A stretch of DNA of 62,126 nucleotides, the filler included, from Choristocarpus tenellus KU-1152 (lineage: Eukaryota > Protista > Phaeophyceae): assembly GCA_964200185.2 (NCBI GenBank). It is 13 parts of 13 records of this genome, joined end to end, with 100 filler letters (N's around TTAATTAATTAA, not from the genome) between each part and the next. Parts side by side here need not be neighbours in the genome. Positions count along the whole stretch, not along the records: positions 47,229 to 55,916 come from CAXNAD020004444.1; positions 56,017 to 62,126 come from CAXNAD020008914.1; 11 more parts are not named here. One strand, written 5' to 3'. The notes beneath the pieces were generated by a model. It was not told the DNA's origin and made no database searches. It saw only the letters and a program-made list of their open reading frames with translations. Position numbers and translations under genes: made by a program. Of this stretch, positions 50,301 to 62,126 are shown piece after piece; position 1 is the first letter of the stretch, and the number at the start of each line of letters is the position of its first letter.

Positions 50301-51565
50301 ATATCCTAACTACTAGCTGTACCTACCTTTCTTATACAATACCCTAAGTCTGACACCACAAAATATATTTTCATTCTCAGTAAGATTGTGGGGAAATGAG
50401 ATGTATTAGTTCAAACAATGTATGCTAGACAAAGGCATGGATAAAGTCCTTAGAAATGTCACAGTAATTCATAGGATCAGTGTTGGTGGAAACCTGGGGG
50501 GTAGGGGCGAAGGGAGGGGGCAGAAGTGGTGGTGGTGGAAGCTTTGCAGGGAAATTGAAAATCGATTTTTTTAACAACTGTCACCCACTGATAAAAGACA
50601 CATCGGTGGTGGCCACAAAATACCAAGGAGTTGGGTATATTACACCTTGAATTTTTTCCTCTGTAGTCACCATTTTTCTGGAACCAAACTGGTGTAATGT
50701 ATATGCCCCTAAGCCTAACCCTATTGTTTCCCAGGGAATCTTGGAATGAATTGAAAACGCCTATCTCTAATTCACTCTCACCACGGTTAAATCCGGTTCT
50801 GATATAGGCATCTTAATTTAAGAGGGAAATGCACTTTTTTCCTCTTCTCTATCCATTCTTGCCATACTTTGTGTGAAGATATCCTAGAGAGGATTGTATT
50901 TGAAAATATGTGTGAGAGTATATTTGAGAAAAGACCACTTCCTTGATCTGGAAACACTGTCTACATCTCCAGACTCCTGATTGGGGTTACCTACATGTGA
51001 TTGTGGAAACATGGGGTATCGCTGACTCCCCCATAGGTTATGTTGACTCTTTACATAAGCTCAGCAAATAGAACACAAGAGTCAAAGTATCTCAGAGGGT
51101 AGAGCCGCATCCGTTTGGGGGCCAAAACCTAATGTTGTGATTTTGATGTAATATTGGCTATCGTGTTTATTTGAATTTTTTTATCCTTGTTCTGGCCACA
51201 CCTTTTCATAGTTTTATACGTGATACCTACTCCAAAATTGTCCGAAAAAATCCATGAGAAGCAAAGCCCCAAACAGACGAATAAGGCAAAACTCGTACCC
51301 TAACCCTAAGATACTTTCACTCTCAACATGATATGTACAGATACATCTAATATCGCCTTCAAGATCCCCTGAGCACTGGGTTTTTCTCAAGCATTGGAGG
51401 GCATTATTTCCTCGTTCAGAGATCTGGGCAGTTTCTGGATCACACCGCCGGCTCATGAAGACCCAGGTATGTACATACAAACATACACTCACAACACATG
51501 GCTTTAAAAATATAACAAAATGATCTTGTGCAACTAAAGATATACTGTATGTGTTGGTATATGTA

Positions 51566-51619
<54 letters not shown>

Positions 51620-53030
51620 TATTATGTGTCTGTTATGTGTGTATTCTGTGCACAATGGGAACGCAGTACGGTATAGCCATACCAATATTGATGGGTACGC
51701 AAGCGAAACAGGAAAAGAGTCCTTCACATTGATATAATATAGCCAGTGTGATTTTCTGCCTTTGCCAATAAAATGCATTCAGCACACAGCCCCCCTTAAC
51801 CCCCCCACTCTAGTCTCACTTTTGCTCAACCAAGAAATCGATAGCACAGGATTGCCTTTTGAAAAGAAGCGGAGCATATAACCGGCACGAAAATAGGAAC
51901 TATTCGTGTACTGTTCCATTGTACGTAAAAAGCAGGTAGGGGATTTCTGGAAATTCTTCATCAAAACGGAACCTATTGTGTCACCTACAGGTGCCATAAT
52001 GTCTGCTCTTTGCTGTTGTTGCTATTCTCCATTTCTGCACTTTTGTACTTGTGGACTGTTTCTCCCTGTGCACCTCGCTATATGTTGCAATCGTCTGATG
52101 ATCGCAGGTCTAAGGATATTGAACAAATGTGTGACAATACAATACAATACAATACAATACAATACAATACAATACAATACAATGAAATACAGTATACGAT
52201 ACACAACTGCAGCTGCTGATGAGTGCTCTTTCCTATAGGTCGCATAATTCATCCATACATATTGATATATATATATATGTGTGTGTTGAGATACATGGAG
52301 ATAAAGCTTTTTTTATTGTTCCTTTGAATAGAAAATAGAGACCATCAGCTTACCAAGAGAGGGTTTCATCATGTGAGCAAGTTCACAGTCCTTGATGTCT
52401 CACTGCAAGATCTGCCCTTTCGGGCACATTTTTGACTGAGACGACATTTGCCTTTCTTATGATTATCAAAACGGTTGACAAAACAGCACTATTAGATTTG
52501 CAGAAACATAGGAAATGACCTCCATGACTTTGGAATATCTTTTCTTAGGAGGATCAACATTTATGTCTACAGATGGGGAAGAGCATACTACCTCTAACCC
52601 TAATATTAACACCGAGAGAATACCCCTAGTACTGTACGATATTTAATATTGATCCAACAGGATTTTCTTGGTGTAGTTTATCCTCGTCCATCCTATCAAA
52701 GTACCATGCGTTCTTGTTATTGACACTGTCACTGCTGTTACTACAAATGTAAATAATACTATAATTTATTTTTGCTGTAGTCACTTATATTTTAACATTT
52801 TCTAAATTTTTCTGCTGCATCAACTCCTCGATGATGGTGTATGCTTCATCGTATTACAAAAAAGGTGGACCACGATCTGGAACAAGGCACGACACCAATT
52901 TCCGTGCAAGGAGAGGTACAAGTTGCTGTACTGGAGGGAGTTCCCATGTTTAGGGAAGCTGTGTTATTCCACAAGCCCACGGGCATGGTGATGGCAGCTG
53001 ATGCATTTTTCTCGATGGCCATGTCTGGCG
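47346..53030 (+). CDS. DUF4336 (metallo-beta-lactamase-like fold) protein, spliced (47346-47495, 48289-48585, 49398-49484, 51364-51466, ~52910-53030); 3' end unresolved
   Basis: SRMTVIRLGSGE|MLIYSPQAPT; SPEHWVFLKHWRALFPRSEIWA; FREAVLFHKPTGMVMAADAFF. Confidence 0.85.
47705..47888. mobile_element. MITE family C, the only complete copy (intronic)
   Basis: GGCTCAAAGTATCTG...CAGAGACTTTTAGCC, flanked by TCT...TCT. Confidence 0.9.
51079..51322. mobile_element. MITE family A copy with a telomeric repeat inside the right TIR
   Basis: ACAA|GAGTCAAAGTATCTCAGAGGGTA...GTACCCTAACCCTAAGATACTTTCACTC|TCAA. Confidence 0.9.
51569..51616 (+). repeat. (GT)n microsatellite
   Basis: Read directly. Confidence 0.95.
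52134..52183 (+). repeat. (ACAAT)n microsatellite
   Basis: Read directly. Confidence 0.95.
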
Positions 53031-55663
53031 TGTCAACAAAAAAAAAGAAAATGTGGGGATTGAGGCAAGAACGGTCGAGCTGAACACGGTAGCGAAAAAG
53101 GTGAACACCTTGGGCAGAGCGCCTCCAGAATACGAGGAAGGGGAAGGTGTGAAAGTAGAGGGTTCTCCTGTGGTACCTTTCCAGATGGGAATAAGGGGGC
53201 TCATGAACAAACCTATTTGATGAGGTCAACTCCCATCTTGCCACCAGTATCTCAGGTGTCCACGGTTGAGACCCTATGAGTCCTCCTTGTCGATTTTTTT
53301 CTGTTTCTTCCCGCAATAGAGCAGGTGTATCTAAGTACCAATAGCGTTGAATAATAGGCACGGTAGAAATCGTATCAGATGGGCGATTATGACAAACTTA
53401 TATCTCGAGCTTACTAGTGAAATAAATGTTTTTGTGTACGTTTTCGTGTATCCTACAACACTCAAACATGTGCTCTTAAACCATTATCATATAGAGTGAA
53501 TACGGATTACCACACAGCTCAAATAAATATATGTGGGTTTCCACATATATGCTAGAGCGTTCCTGGCAGGCATTGACTCAAGCACACCCTGTTTCTGCAC
53601 AGGCTGTGGGCATGCCAGGCACCTAGCACCTTTGAACAACACGGGCAATTCACCCTCATTGGGTTGAGCATAATAAAGGGGGGAAGAAAACCCTATCTAT
53701 AATTGGTCAGCACCATGGTATCCTTGGGAAACGCTGAAACTATCCTTGCCACTCCTCTAATCTTGAAAACATGTTTTCCAGGCATGCTGATGGGGGTATG
53801 CAGGAATAGAACATGTCCAAAATATCTAATGGAAGGAGGATGAATATATATATATATATATGTTGTCTTTGTGTCACATATGTGATGTCTAGAGAAAGAT
53901 TCCCTTCACAGCAGACCATGTTAAATATGATACTCAAAAGGATCATGGCCCTTGCATAGAACAGGGTCAAGAAAAGTAATCACATTTTTGAATGAGTAAA
54001 ACAAAGAAGTTCGTCAATTCTTGGAACTATGAGGAGACAGGTAGATATAACACAAAAAAGAGAGCAGAAAAGAACGTAAAATGACAGAAGGCGGAGGTGT
54101 AGACTCATCACTAAGCTTTGTGTCCATCAGGGTGGTCCTATTGGAACAGCTGATTCAACAGACCAAGGCCGACGCCTTCGCTGGGGTGTCCTGAGGAGGG
54201 TGGCTGGGGTGCTCAAGATGAAGCCAATTGCTGTTTTGCCTCCTCTTCGTGTCCTCCTCCGTGTTTTTAAAGGGAACAGGTTTGGTCGAATCTTGGGACA
54301 AAGTGATCATTCAGTTGCCTCTTGCCTGTTTACATGAGACGGAGAGGGAAGAGTACAGAAGGCCAGACCAAGCTCAGAGCAGGGACAAGAATTGGGTTGC
54401 GGATGGTGGCTTAGTATTGGGATTCTCTGTAGGCTTGCGGGACAAGGACCATGAGCAAATTTGGAGCATTTCACCACAATCACTGCTTTGTCGCTTGTGT
54501 CCCACCTTTTTTCTTTGTAGATCTATCTTTGGGATCTGCTTGATTGTCAGACAGCAACATTAAGAGTCAGAGATTTTTTTTTTTGTGATAGTGTGTACAT
54601 TTTGCCACATGTATTTGTTGCCCCTGTGATGTACTGGTGTGAACGAATTTGAGTATGAGGTATACAAAACTGAGGACTGCATATGCCAAGGGTAAGGCGT
54701 TTTTACAAGCTTGATACTGCAGTGAGATAAAACATAGCAAAACCCTATACTATCGGCCTATATGTTTCTGCGTAGGAAAATATTCAAGTCTTTATCACAT
54801 CTCAAAATGGTGTAGAGACCCACTGCTAGATCAGGAGGCTGCTGCTGTGTCAGAAAAGCTTGTCCTTGACATCCTTTCCACACTATTACTCATTGAGCAC
54901 CAGGCATTTCCCGAGCCCGTTCACAAGCTTGCGTGTGTGCTGAATAGATTCAACTGCAAACATGAAAAAGGACGCCGGCCACTTGAAACATTTGCAAGAG
55001 AAGTGATCTATTGCAAACATCCAACATGATCAATGCTACCAATTAGTAAGAAAACTCATGCCTGCTCCTCTTGTGAATTCAATTGCCCACTTTTGAATAC
55101 CAATGCAGTGCGGATTTTGCGGACACAGTTCTGAGCTGGGATGTTAAGAGTTTCGTCGGGTGCCACGGGGACTCTCCCATCAATGGCCAAGAGGCCAAGA
55201 ACATGTTGGCAGATTGCCTCGGCAGGTTAGAACACTCCCAACTCTCATGAATTACTTCTGAAGACCAAAGTGGTATTTCAATGCTGTAATATTTTTTCTC
55301 AGAAAAATAGCAGCAGTGAATAGAAGTAATCCAGAGTTAGACATATCCAACATAGGCATCTTCATGACCCAGTCAGCAGGACACACCTCTAAAGCATAAC
55401 TGAAATCGATCCCCAATAAGGCTAATAATGGCACATCCCTCATATTTCAACCCTAACAACTCAGGTTGCAAACTCAGATCCAACTCAAGCACACCAGGTC
55501 TTGTAACCTTTTAGCATAAATATTATAAGGAAAACCTAGCCACACCCACTTTCAACAATGGGAAAACTAGTCAACACTTTTTCTCGTGGTATGCAGTACC
55601 TTCATTAAAAAATTGGCTCCTCAGGGAAATTTGCACCCCCTCCCTGAAGTCCTATGAACCATT

Positions 55664-55916
55664 GGATCAAAATATCTTAGAGGGTAGAGTCGCTTCCATT
55701 TGGGGTCCAAAATCCAATGTTGCAATTTCGATGTAATTTTGGCTATCATGTTTGCTAGGAAGTGTCAATATCCTTGTTCCAGACACAATTTTTCATAACG
55801 TATACATTTTACCTACTCCGAAACATTTTCGAGTAGGAAAATGTCATAAAAAGGGACCATGGGAAGCCAAGCCCCAAATGGACAAAGAGGGCAAAACTCG
55901 TACCCTCTAAGATACT
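55664..55916. mobile_element. MITE family A copy at contig end
   Basis: TATCTTAGAGGGTAGAGTCGCTTCCATTTGGGG...CTCGTACCCTCTAAGATACT. Confidence 0.9.
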
Positions 55917-56016
55917 NNNNNNNNNNNNNNNNNNNNNNNNNNNNNNNNNNNNNNNNNNNNTTAATTAATTAANNNNNNNNNNNNNNNNNNNNNNNNNNNN
56001 NNNNNNNNNNNNNNNN

Positions 56017-56193
56017 GGGGGGGGGGGGGGGGGGGGGGAGGGCTGTCCATTCGGGGTCCATTTTTCTACGTCGCGATTTTGGGGTGATTTGGTTGCATGC
56101 ATCGAATGGATAATGCAAATTCACTTTCCTGGTCAGGGTCCGAATGGACACCCTGGTTTAGACCCCCCTTCCCTCCCCCAGATACTTTGAGCC
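56017..56193. mobile_element. MITE family C copy
   Basis: polyG-GGCTGTCCATTCGGGG...CAGATACTTTGAGCC. Confidence 0.85.
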
Positions 56194-57514
56194 AAAGATA
56201 TGTGTTGAATACTGTTATCAGGGCTCGACCTGAGCCATCAAGGTTGTAAACCAGACTGGGTGAGGGTGGCTGACCGATCCGTAAAATAGTGTACTTTATA
56301 GTGCTGTGAAGCGAAACAACTGATGACTTATCATTCAATCGATCATAAAATCGAGTGTTGAAAACCTTCAATAAATTAGACTGAACTGTCTGTACACGAG
56401 ATATCGCGCGTGTAACGCGCGCAGTTTGTGTAGTTCCTACCTAACACAGAAACTCCAAAACCCTTAAAACGCAGATCGGAAACCATGAGCGTTGTGAAAT
56501 TATTTAACTTCCACCTCCGTGGAACTGTATCCTACCTTACCCCCTCGCTCCATACACCTTGTTTCCCTCACCTGCTACGGTCTCACCTTGATATATTAAT
56601 TTTCAGAGGATTGAAGCGACTTACTGGAAGTAGAGGAGTTTTGTTGTGAATTCCTATTCTTTTCACTCTACTATAAAATACACTTAATAATGCCACTTCC
56701 GATCAAACCCATTTCTTGTAGAAGTTTTCGATTTCGTACTCACACACAAAAACCGTTTCAGGACCTCCAAGATATAGTCCACAATACTTCGAGTGGGAAA
56801 GGTCAAAGCGCAAAATACAAAATACATTGAGTTTATCACTAAAGTACAAACAGATGGCGACAACAATCCAGGACTTTTGTAGTATCCTTTGCCGTTTGTG
56901 GGCAGATAACCGAACCGATTGGTCGGACTGTTGTGATCGGTCTTCAGCCCAGTCCAGTTTATAATCTGGATGGTCCCAATTTGACCCTCTTTAAACCATA
57001 TCATACTATATTAGGGTTGATAAATATTGTATGTTAAACGATTGATTCTACTGTATTTGTTGTTGTATCATAGTAATTGTAATGATAGAGATCGATGTCA
57101 GAAGGTGTCTACGACGCATTTTCAAAAACGATTGTGTTGGAGGGAGGGCGAATAAGTCAGAGATTCAGAGGAAGGAATGGCTAAGCGCAAGGGTAAACAA
57201 GAGGGGAAGATGAAAGATGGGACTGGAAGTTCGGAGACAGACAAGGTCGGCAGGCAGGGTAATTTCATAGGACTGATCGCGTGCAAATTGGTGACAAGGA
57301 ACACAAAGTATAGTGTTAAAGGCAGAGTTCTTAAAGCTAATATTCCATAGCCCGAGCAGGTTTAGATAAGCAAGGTGCAAACACAAAAGTCTAACATTAC
57401 CTGGATTGGGGGTCAGAAACACGTGTGAAGAACTTTGCAAGAGAAACCCTTCAACCACACAGCTGGCGATCTGGTAGGTCTGTGATTCAACCTCATTCCC
57501 CTGGACTGCTGGTT

Positions 57515-60500
57515 ATGCCATCTCGCTTGCAGAGAGCCATGCTGGAAGAACTGTTGCGTTCTGGTGCCGATCCATCGGTCCTTCGTGCCGCTGTGGCAAA
57601 GATGTCAGATAAGGATCGGAAAGCGATGGCATCCTCTATGACCTCGCAGAGTCAGCCCAAGACCATTCCTCGTGTCCCAATACCAACATCCACCGGACGT
57701 GGCGATAGAGCCAAAGATGCTGCGAAGGGAAATGAGATGGACGAAGGGGAATCAGGAGTGGCCTGCCTGCAATCTCCTTCTGCACGTCCGGCCTCTAAGC
57801 GTCGACGCCTAAGTAGTGGTCCTGAGAACTCAACGAAATCTCCTTTGACAAGAGCACAGCCGAACTGGGAGGTCGCTACGGATTGGGACTTCTCGACGGA
57901 TGTTCTGAAGGGGGTTCCATTCGCAAAGGAGCTGTGGCTGATGATGGCTGTATTCGGTGAGTGCCCAAAGTGCATACAATCGCCTTCACCCGATTGACCC
58001 TAATATGAGAGGTATGCCACTCTATATACCTGCTGGAACGTGCCACGGAAGGGCGAACGATTCTGAAAATCCCGCAAACTCTGCATCTATCACTACCCCC
58101 ACACTGTTTATATATTAAACTCTGTAGATACCTCAGTTTACTGTATGTATTCCAGGTTTTACAACTGAACCACCAACTGTTTTGCGCTCACCCCTACCTC
58201 CTATACCAAGGAGTAAACACAGATATTATACTGCACTCTTATTACTATCACTGTACCCTGTGAGAAGAATGCTAACCAACAAGTCCAATTAGTGTGTCGG
58301 GTTCCTACGGGTTGCTCTTCATAGTTATGTTTGCGAAAGAGAACGCAAATGCAGAGATTATTCATATGGTACGCATGGAAAGGCGATACTTGGCTGCAAC
58401 TCTGGCCATCATTTAGAACCTGCAAATTTGTGCTTGGTGGTCCACCTGTAGAGAACTTCCTGCCCCTTTGAGATTTTTTTGTAGAACAGCTGAGATTCCT
58501 TGTAGTGACATGGTTGTTACTTGGACTTGAACCATCTTGACGCCCACCAATCGTCCAAGGGTGATTTTCCATTTCAACCCCAACTTGTCTCTTCCATGAT
58601 CTGTGACACTGTGGTTGACGCCCTGGGTTAAGGTTCATCCATCAGTCGTTTCATCAATATGATGACCTTCCGTGTCATCATTTTGGCTCTCCTAAGACAT
58701 GCACAATCATTTAGATAAAATTATTACATTGTACGAGCAGAGTTCTCCCCACACACCTCAATAGCGTCTCATGCTTGACATGGCATGAATGATCTCTTTG
58801 AGTGAAGTGGTCTGCTGCAGTAGTGTATGACTGTTAAGTGAACAGTTGACACATCATCACGCTTCTGTATGGTTGACCCTTGAAACTATTCCACCGGGGC
58901 TGTGTTGCACAATCCTTGCCTGGGCTACCCTTAGCTTTCCCCTCCTTTTTTTTCTTATTATCGCACATGTTGTCCTTATCAGAGTGTCAATAGCTTCCAC
59001 AGCAGTGTTTTATTTGATAGGAATTGATAGAACGAAAGGTTCAATAAGAGGCCCTGCTATCCTGGAAGGATTATACGAGGTTCATGAACTCACTACCATG
59101 CTTAGCAACCAGAACTGCCTGGTTTGAATCATCATGTGCTCTACCACCTCCCCCTCCCCCTGCCTCCCCATCTCCCAGGAGACCCCCGTGGTGACTTTGT
59201 CTGCATTTGCTCAGCCAGAGGTGAAAAAGTATGCCCTTGCCTAGAAACAGTTGTTACAGTGGAGAAAATTATAAGAAAATTTGCTATGGACCTGATAGGC
59301 GTTTGCCGGGAGTGGTCTGGAGGACTGGCCTTTGGCACCAAACACCTGCATGAGGCTCTTCCTGGTGAAGTGAGAGGAGAAGGCGGGGGGAGGGGGCACG
59401 GTACTTTGATCGGTTTGCCCTCTGCTTAAGTTGATTGTTGTATTGGATAGCAAAGGGGATTTGATCAGCATCAGGGTTATCATTTGGCATGGCAAAATGG
59501 TGTGAGGGGTGCTGCCTTGGGTGCTCTGCAGCATGTTGATAGGGAGTTCTATGTATGGTCTTGTGGAGTACACTGTTTGGAGCTTCACTGATTTCATGCT
59601 TTCACGCGGTGAAAAGAGGAGACTCCTTTTCCAATTTTTCGTGTGTGAGGTGTACCATTTTTGCGAGTTATATATTATTAAGTCATTCCCTATTGGCTGC
59701 GCCCCTTTTCATGCCTTGTTTTCATTGGTAGGCATGGTTCACAGAACCTGTTGTACGTGGAGTATTAAGTAACGCCTACAGTACTACCGAATTGTATTTG
59801 TTAGTGGACCAATAAATGCTCTTGTCTACATTGCAGGTCTTGAAGTGTGGAAGCGCTATATACCGAGCTTCAAAATGAGACAGGGAACATTCGTTTGTCC
59901 ATTGGCTACTCTTTTGTATAATTATTTTTTTTATGTGTTTGTTCCAACACATATCCGGCGCAGATGCGGGAGTATATGGGATGGAAGGAGGCCAGAAGGT
60001 CTACAGTAAGCTCCACTGAGGAGAAAGTTGCAATGGGGAAGAACCCGTCTAGGGGAGGGGGAAAGGGTCAGAACAACTCCACAGGAGATTTAGATGATGA
60101 TGACGACGAATACCTTGAAGCTGGAGAGCAGGATCTAGGATCGGAGAAGGAATTGGGCGAGGGGGATGATCTACTGCCTGAGATACAGGATGCAGCTGAC
60201 CGCATGGATTATCGCAAGGTTCAATATGGGGGAAAGGGAAGGGAGGGGGGGAGGGGGGATGGACGCTTGCGATTAAAGCATTGCTTCTGGCAGCCCTCCT
60301 TAGAGATGCGAACCTTTTATTGGATTTGTTTGTGGCATGTGGAATGGAGTTTCGACCAAGGAATGTAGGGATTACATTGCATGCTCTTATTGTATCGATT
60401 GTGACATCGAAATTCATGACGGTAAGGATATGTCATTTCTTATGTTGCATTTAGTCATGAGATCTATTGAGGTTGAAACACTAACTCACTGATGAGTGAT

Positions 60501-61527
60501 ATCATGAGCCAATTGATAAAACCTTTCCCTTGCAAACCTGCCTCAGAAGTTAACAACTACTGTGGAGTATTGAGGAGGTGAATGTGGAGGTTACGGAAAT
60601 GTAGCTGAATGGTTGTGGAGTATCCATTACAGGAATTTGAAGGTTTTCTGAAATGTAACTGTAGGGTTGTGGAGTATTCAGGAGGGGAATGTGAAGGTTT
60701 TTCTGAAATGTATCTTGAAGAATGTACGCTTATTGTCAACCACTCTCCGTGCTCCAAGTGCTGCAATAGTTTAATCTTTCCCTGTTCTTTTTGGTTCTCC
60801 CTTGGAAATGTGTTCTGACGCTTGTTGTCGCTGTAGATCTATCTCACGTGTCATGTGAGTTACATTGCAATTTGTCCTGTACACAGTAGCACTAGGAGAA
60901 ATGATAATAGTGTGATGATGTCGTAGTGTAGGGACGCGATGGGAAAAGGTATGTAATTATATCAATAGACTATATTGCCTGTGTCTGCTGGGGGGTTTCG
61001 CCAATAGGGCCCTGTAACCTACCCTTACCCACCCAATATTCATGTTGATACCATTTTTAAGATAGGTCTTGGTGTCATTGACCCCCACCCCTAGCCCTCA
61101 TTTCATCATTTCATTCCCCACCCAATCTGCCCATCCCTAACCCTGAAAGTAGATCCGCCGCTACTCTCTGTCTGGTACTGTCTTCATGTTTCCTATACTT
61201 GTGTTCTTTGTAATGGGTGCCCTCTGCCTTGTCAGCGGCTGGCAGACAAGCGCACTGTGGATATGGATGACGCCACTTACCTGGGTTTGTTTTCAGAGTG
61301 GAGGAAGGCGTTCTTTCTCCGTAAGAGAGCGAGGGGGACCACCAGGCCAGGGTCGGTGGCTTATCTTGAGCAGTGGTTGGGTCTCCGGAATGGAGGAAAG
61401 TTAGTAGTACCCACCAGTCGCCTAACATTGCATGCCTTGGGATTCTTGCTGTATGATCGAGTTGGAAACTTGATGGAGAAGGCCATTCAGGCACGAAATG
61501 GGGGCCGACTTGCGCCTCTTACTGAAG
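57515..61527 (+). CDS. SPT3: SAGA complex subunit Spt3 (SUPT3H/TAF13-like histone folds); exons 57515-57956, 59221-59369, 59964-60218, 61236-~61527; 3' end missing
   Basis: FAKELWLMMAVFG|EKVCPCLETVVTVEKII; MREYMGWKEARR; RLADKRTVDMDDATY..FSEWRKAFF...ALGFLLYDRVGNLMEKA. Exon phases are compatible. Confidence 0.88.
58340..58660 (-). mobile_element. Decayed Copia RT remnant in SPT3 intron 1
   Basis: LGLKWKI...ICRF*MMARVAAKYRLSM resembles the Copia RT N-terminal motifs. Confidence 0.35.
60561..60712 (+). repeat. ~52-bp minisatellite, three copies, intronic
   Basis: TGTGGAGTAT...GAATxTGAAGGTT..TGAAATGTA units. Confidence 0.85.
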
Positions 61528-62016
61528 GCAAGTGTTCACCCTGACTTTGTCGATCATTGTTGGTTAGCTGGGGTGGGGGACTTCTGTAGCAACTGAATAA
61601 CTAGATTTTTGTGTCGTGGTTGGGTTGGGTTGTATGGTGTGATACTTCGAAACACAAGAAGTATTTTTTACACTGCAGACCAAACAGACACTACTTACCG
61701 AACCTTTGGTTTTGATACGTACTATTGGGTCAATTTGTGTGCAACTTCTCCCTTTGGGCTCCTGATGTGTTGGTTTCCTCCTGTTCTAGAGTTTTGCTTT
61801 TCTTAGTTGGTGCAGAAATACTATCTATAGTGTGCTCTTTCAGGTAGTCCTACATATATGATATGATCGGCTGTGCTGCAAGTGACTCCCTTCCTCTGTT
61901 GTCCATCTGCTCCTTTCATCTGCGAACCCTACACTACAATGGGAGGTCAATTGATGCATCCGACTAGTGATGCTAATACTGAGACCAGATGACAAGAAAG
62001 TCACTGGTATATTTTC

Positions 62017-62051
<35 letters not shown>

Positions 62052-62126
62052 ACCACCCCCACCCCCCTACCACCCTCCTCTCCCCCCCACCCCAACCGCC
62101 AAACCCCACACAACAAAAAAAGAAAA

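Noticed and set aside
3746-56016. Recurrent TTAATTAATTAA motif and ORFs ending in XXX-LIN
   Set aside because: Artificial contig linkers; no biological meaning and no synteny across them.

Overview
This window is eukaryotic, not prokaryotic. It is 13 short draft-assembly contigs joined by 12 artificial 100-bp linkers (N44-TTAATTAATTAA-N44), so gene neighbourhoods across linkers carry no meaning. GT-AG introns, TTAGGG telomere motifs, CRE-type retroelement tails, a mitochondrial HslU and a probable axonemal CFAP221 gene suggest a flagellate stramenopile, probably a brown alga (inference). Host genes, mostly partial: an M20 peptidase, CFAP221-like, HslU head-to-head with a mitochondrial-carrier-like gene, a large low-complexity protein, a carbohydrate sulfotransferase, a complete 3-exon orphan single-TM protein, a DUF4336 protein and SPT3. 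Much of the remainder is transposon-derived: a Ty3/Gypsy gag-pro-RT contig, several Copia remnants, two CRE-like non-LTR 3' ends, a DDE transposase scrap, three foldback elements and about 20 copies of three related MITE families. The most notable observations are: (1) a Copia lineage with 67-68 bp LTRs in PPT-LTR-PBS junctions and a half-tRNA primer site; (2) a UAG-G plus stem-loop/pseudoknot readthrough-like signal at the Gypsy gag-pol junction; (3) nine short interstitial (TTAGGG)n tracts, one of which overwrites a MITE TIR; (4) MITE families with shared termini that nest into each other's ends. All calls were made by eye without database searches. No rRNA, tRNA or CRISPR array was found.
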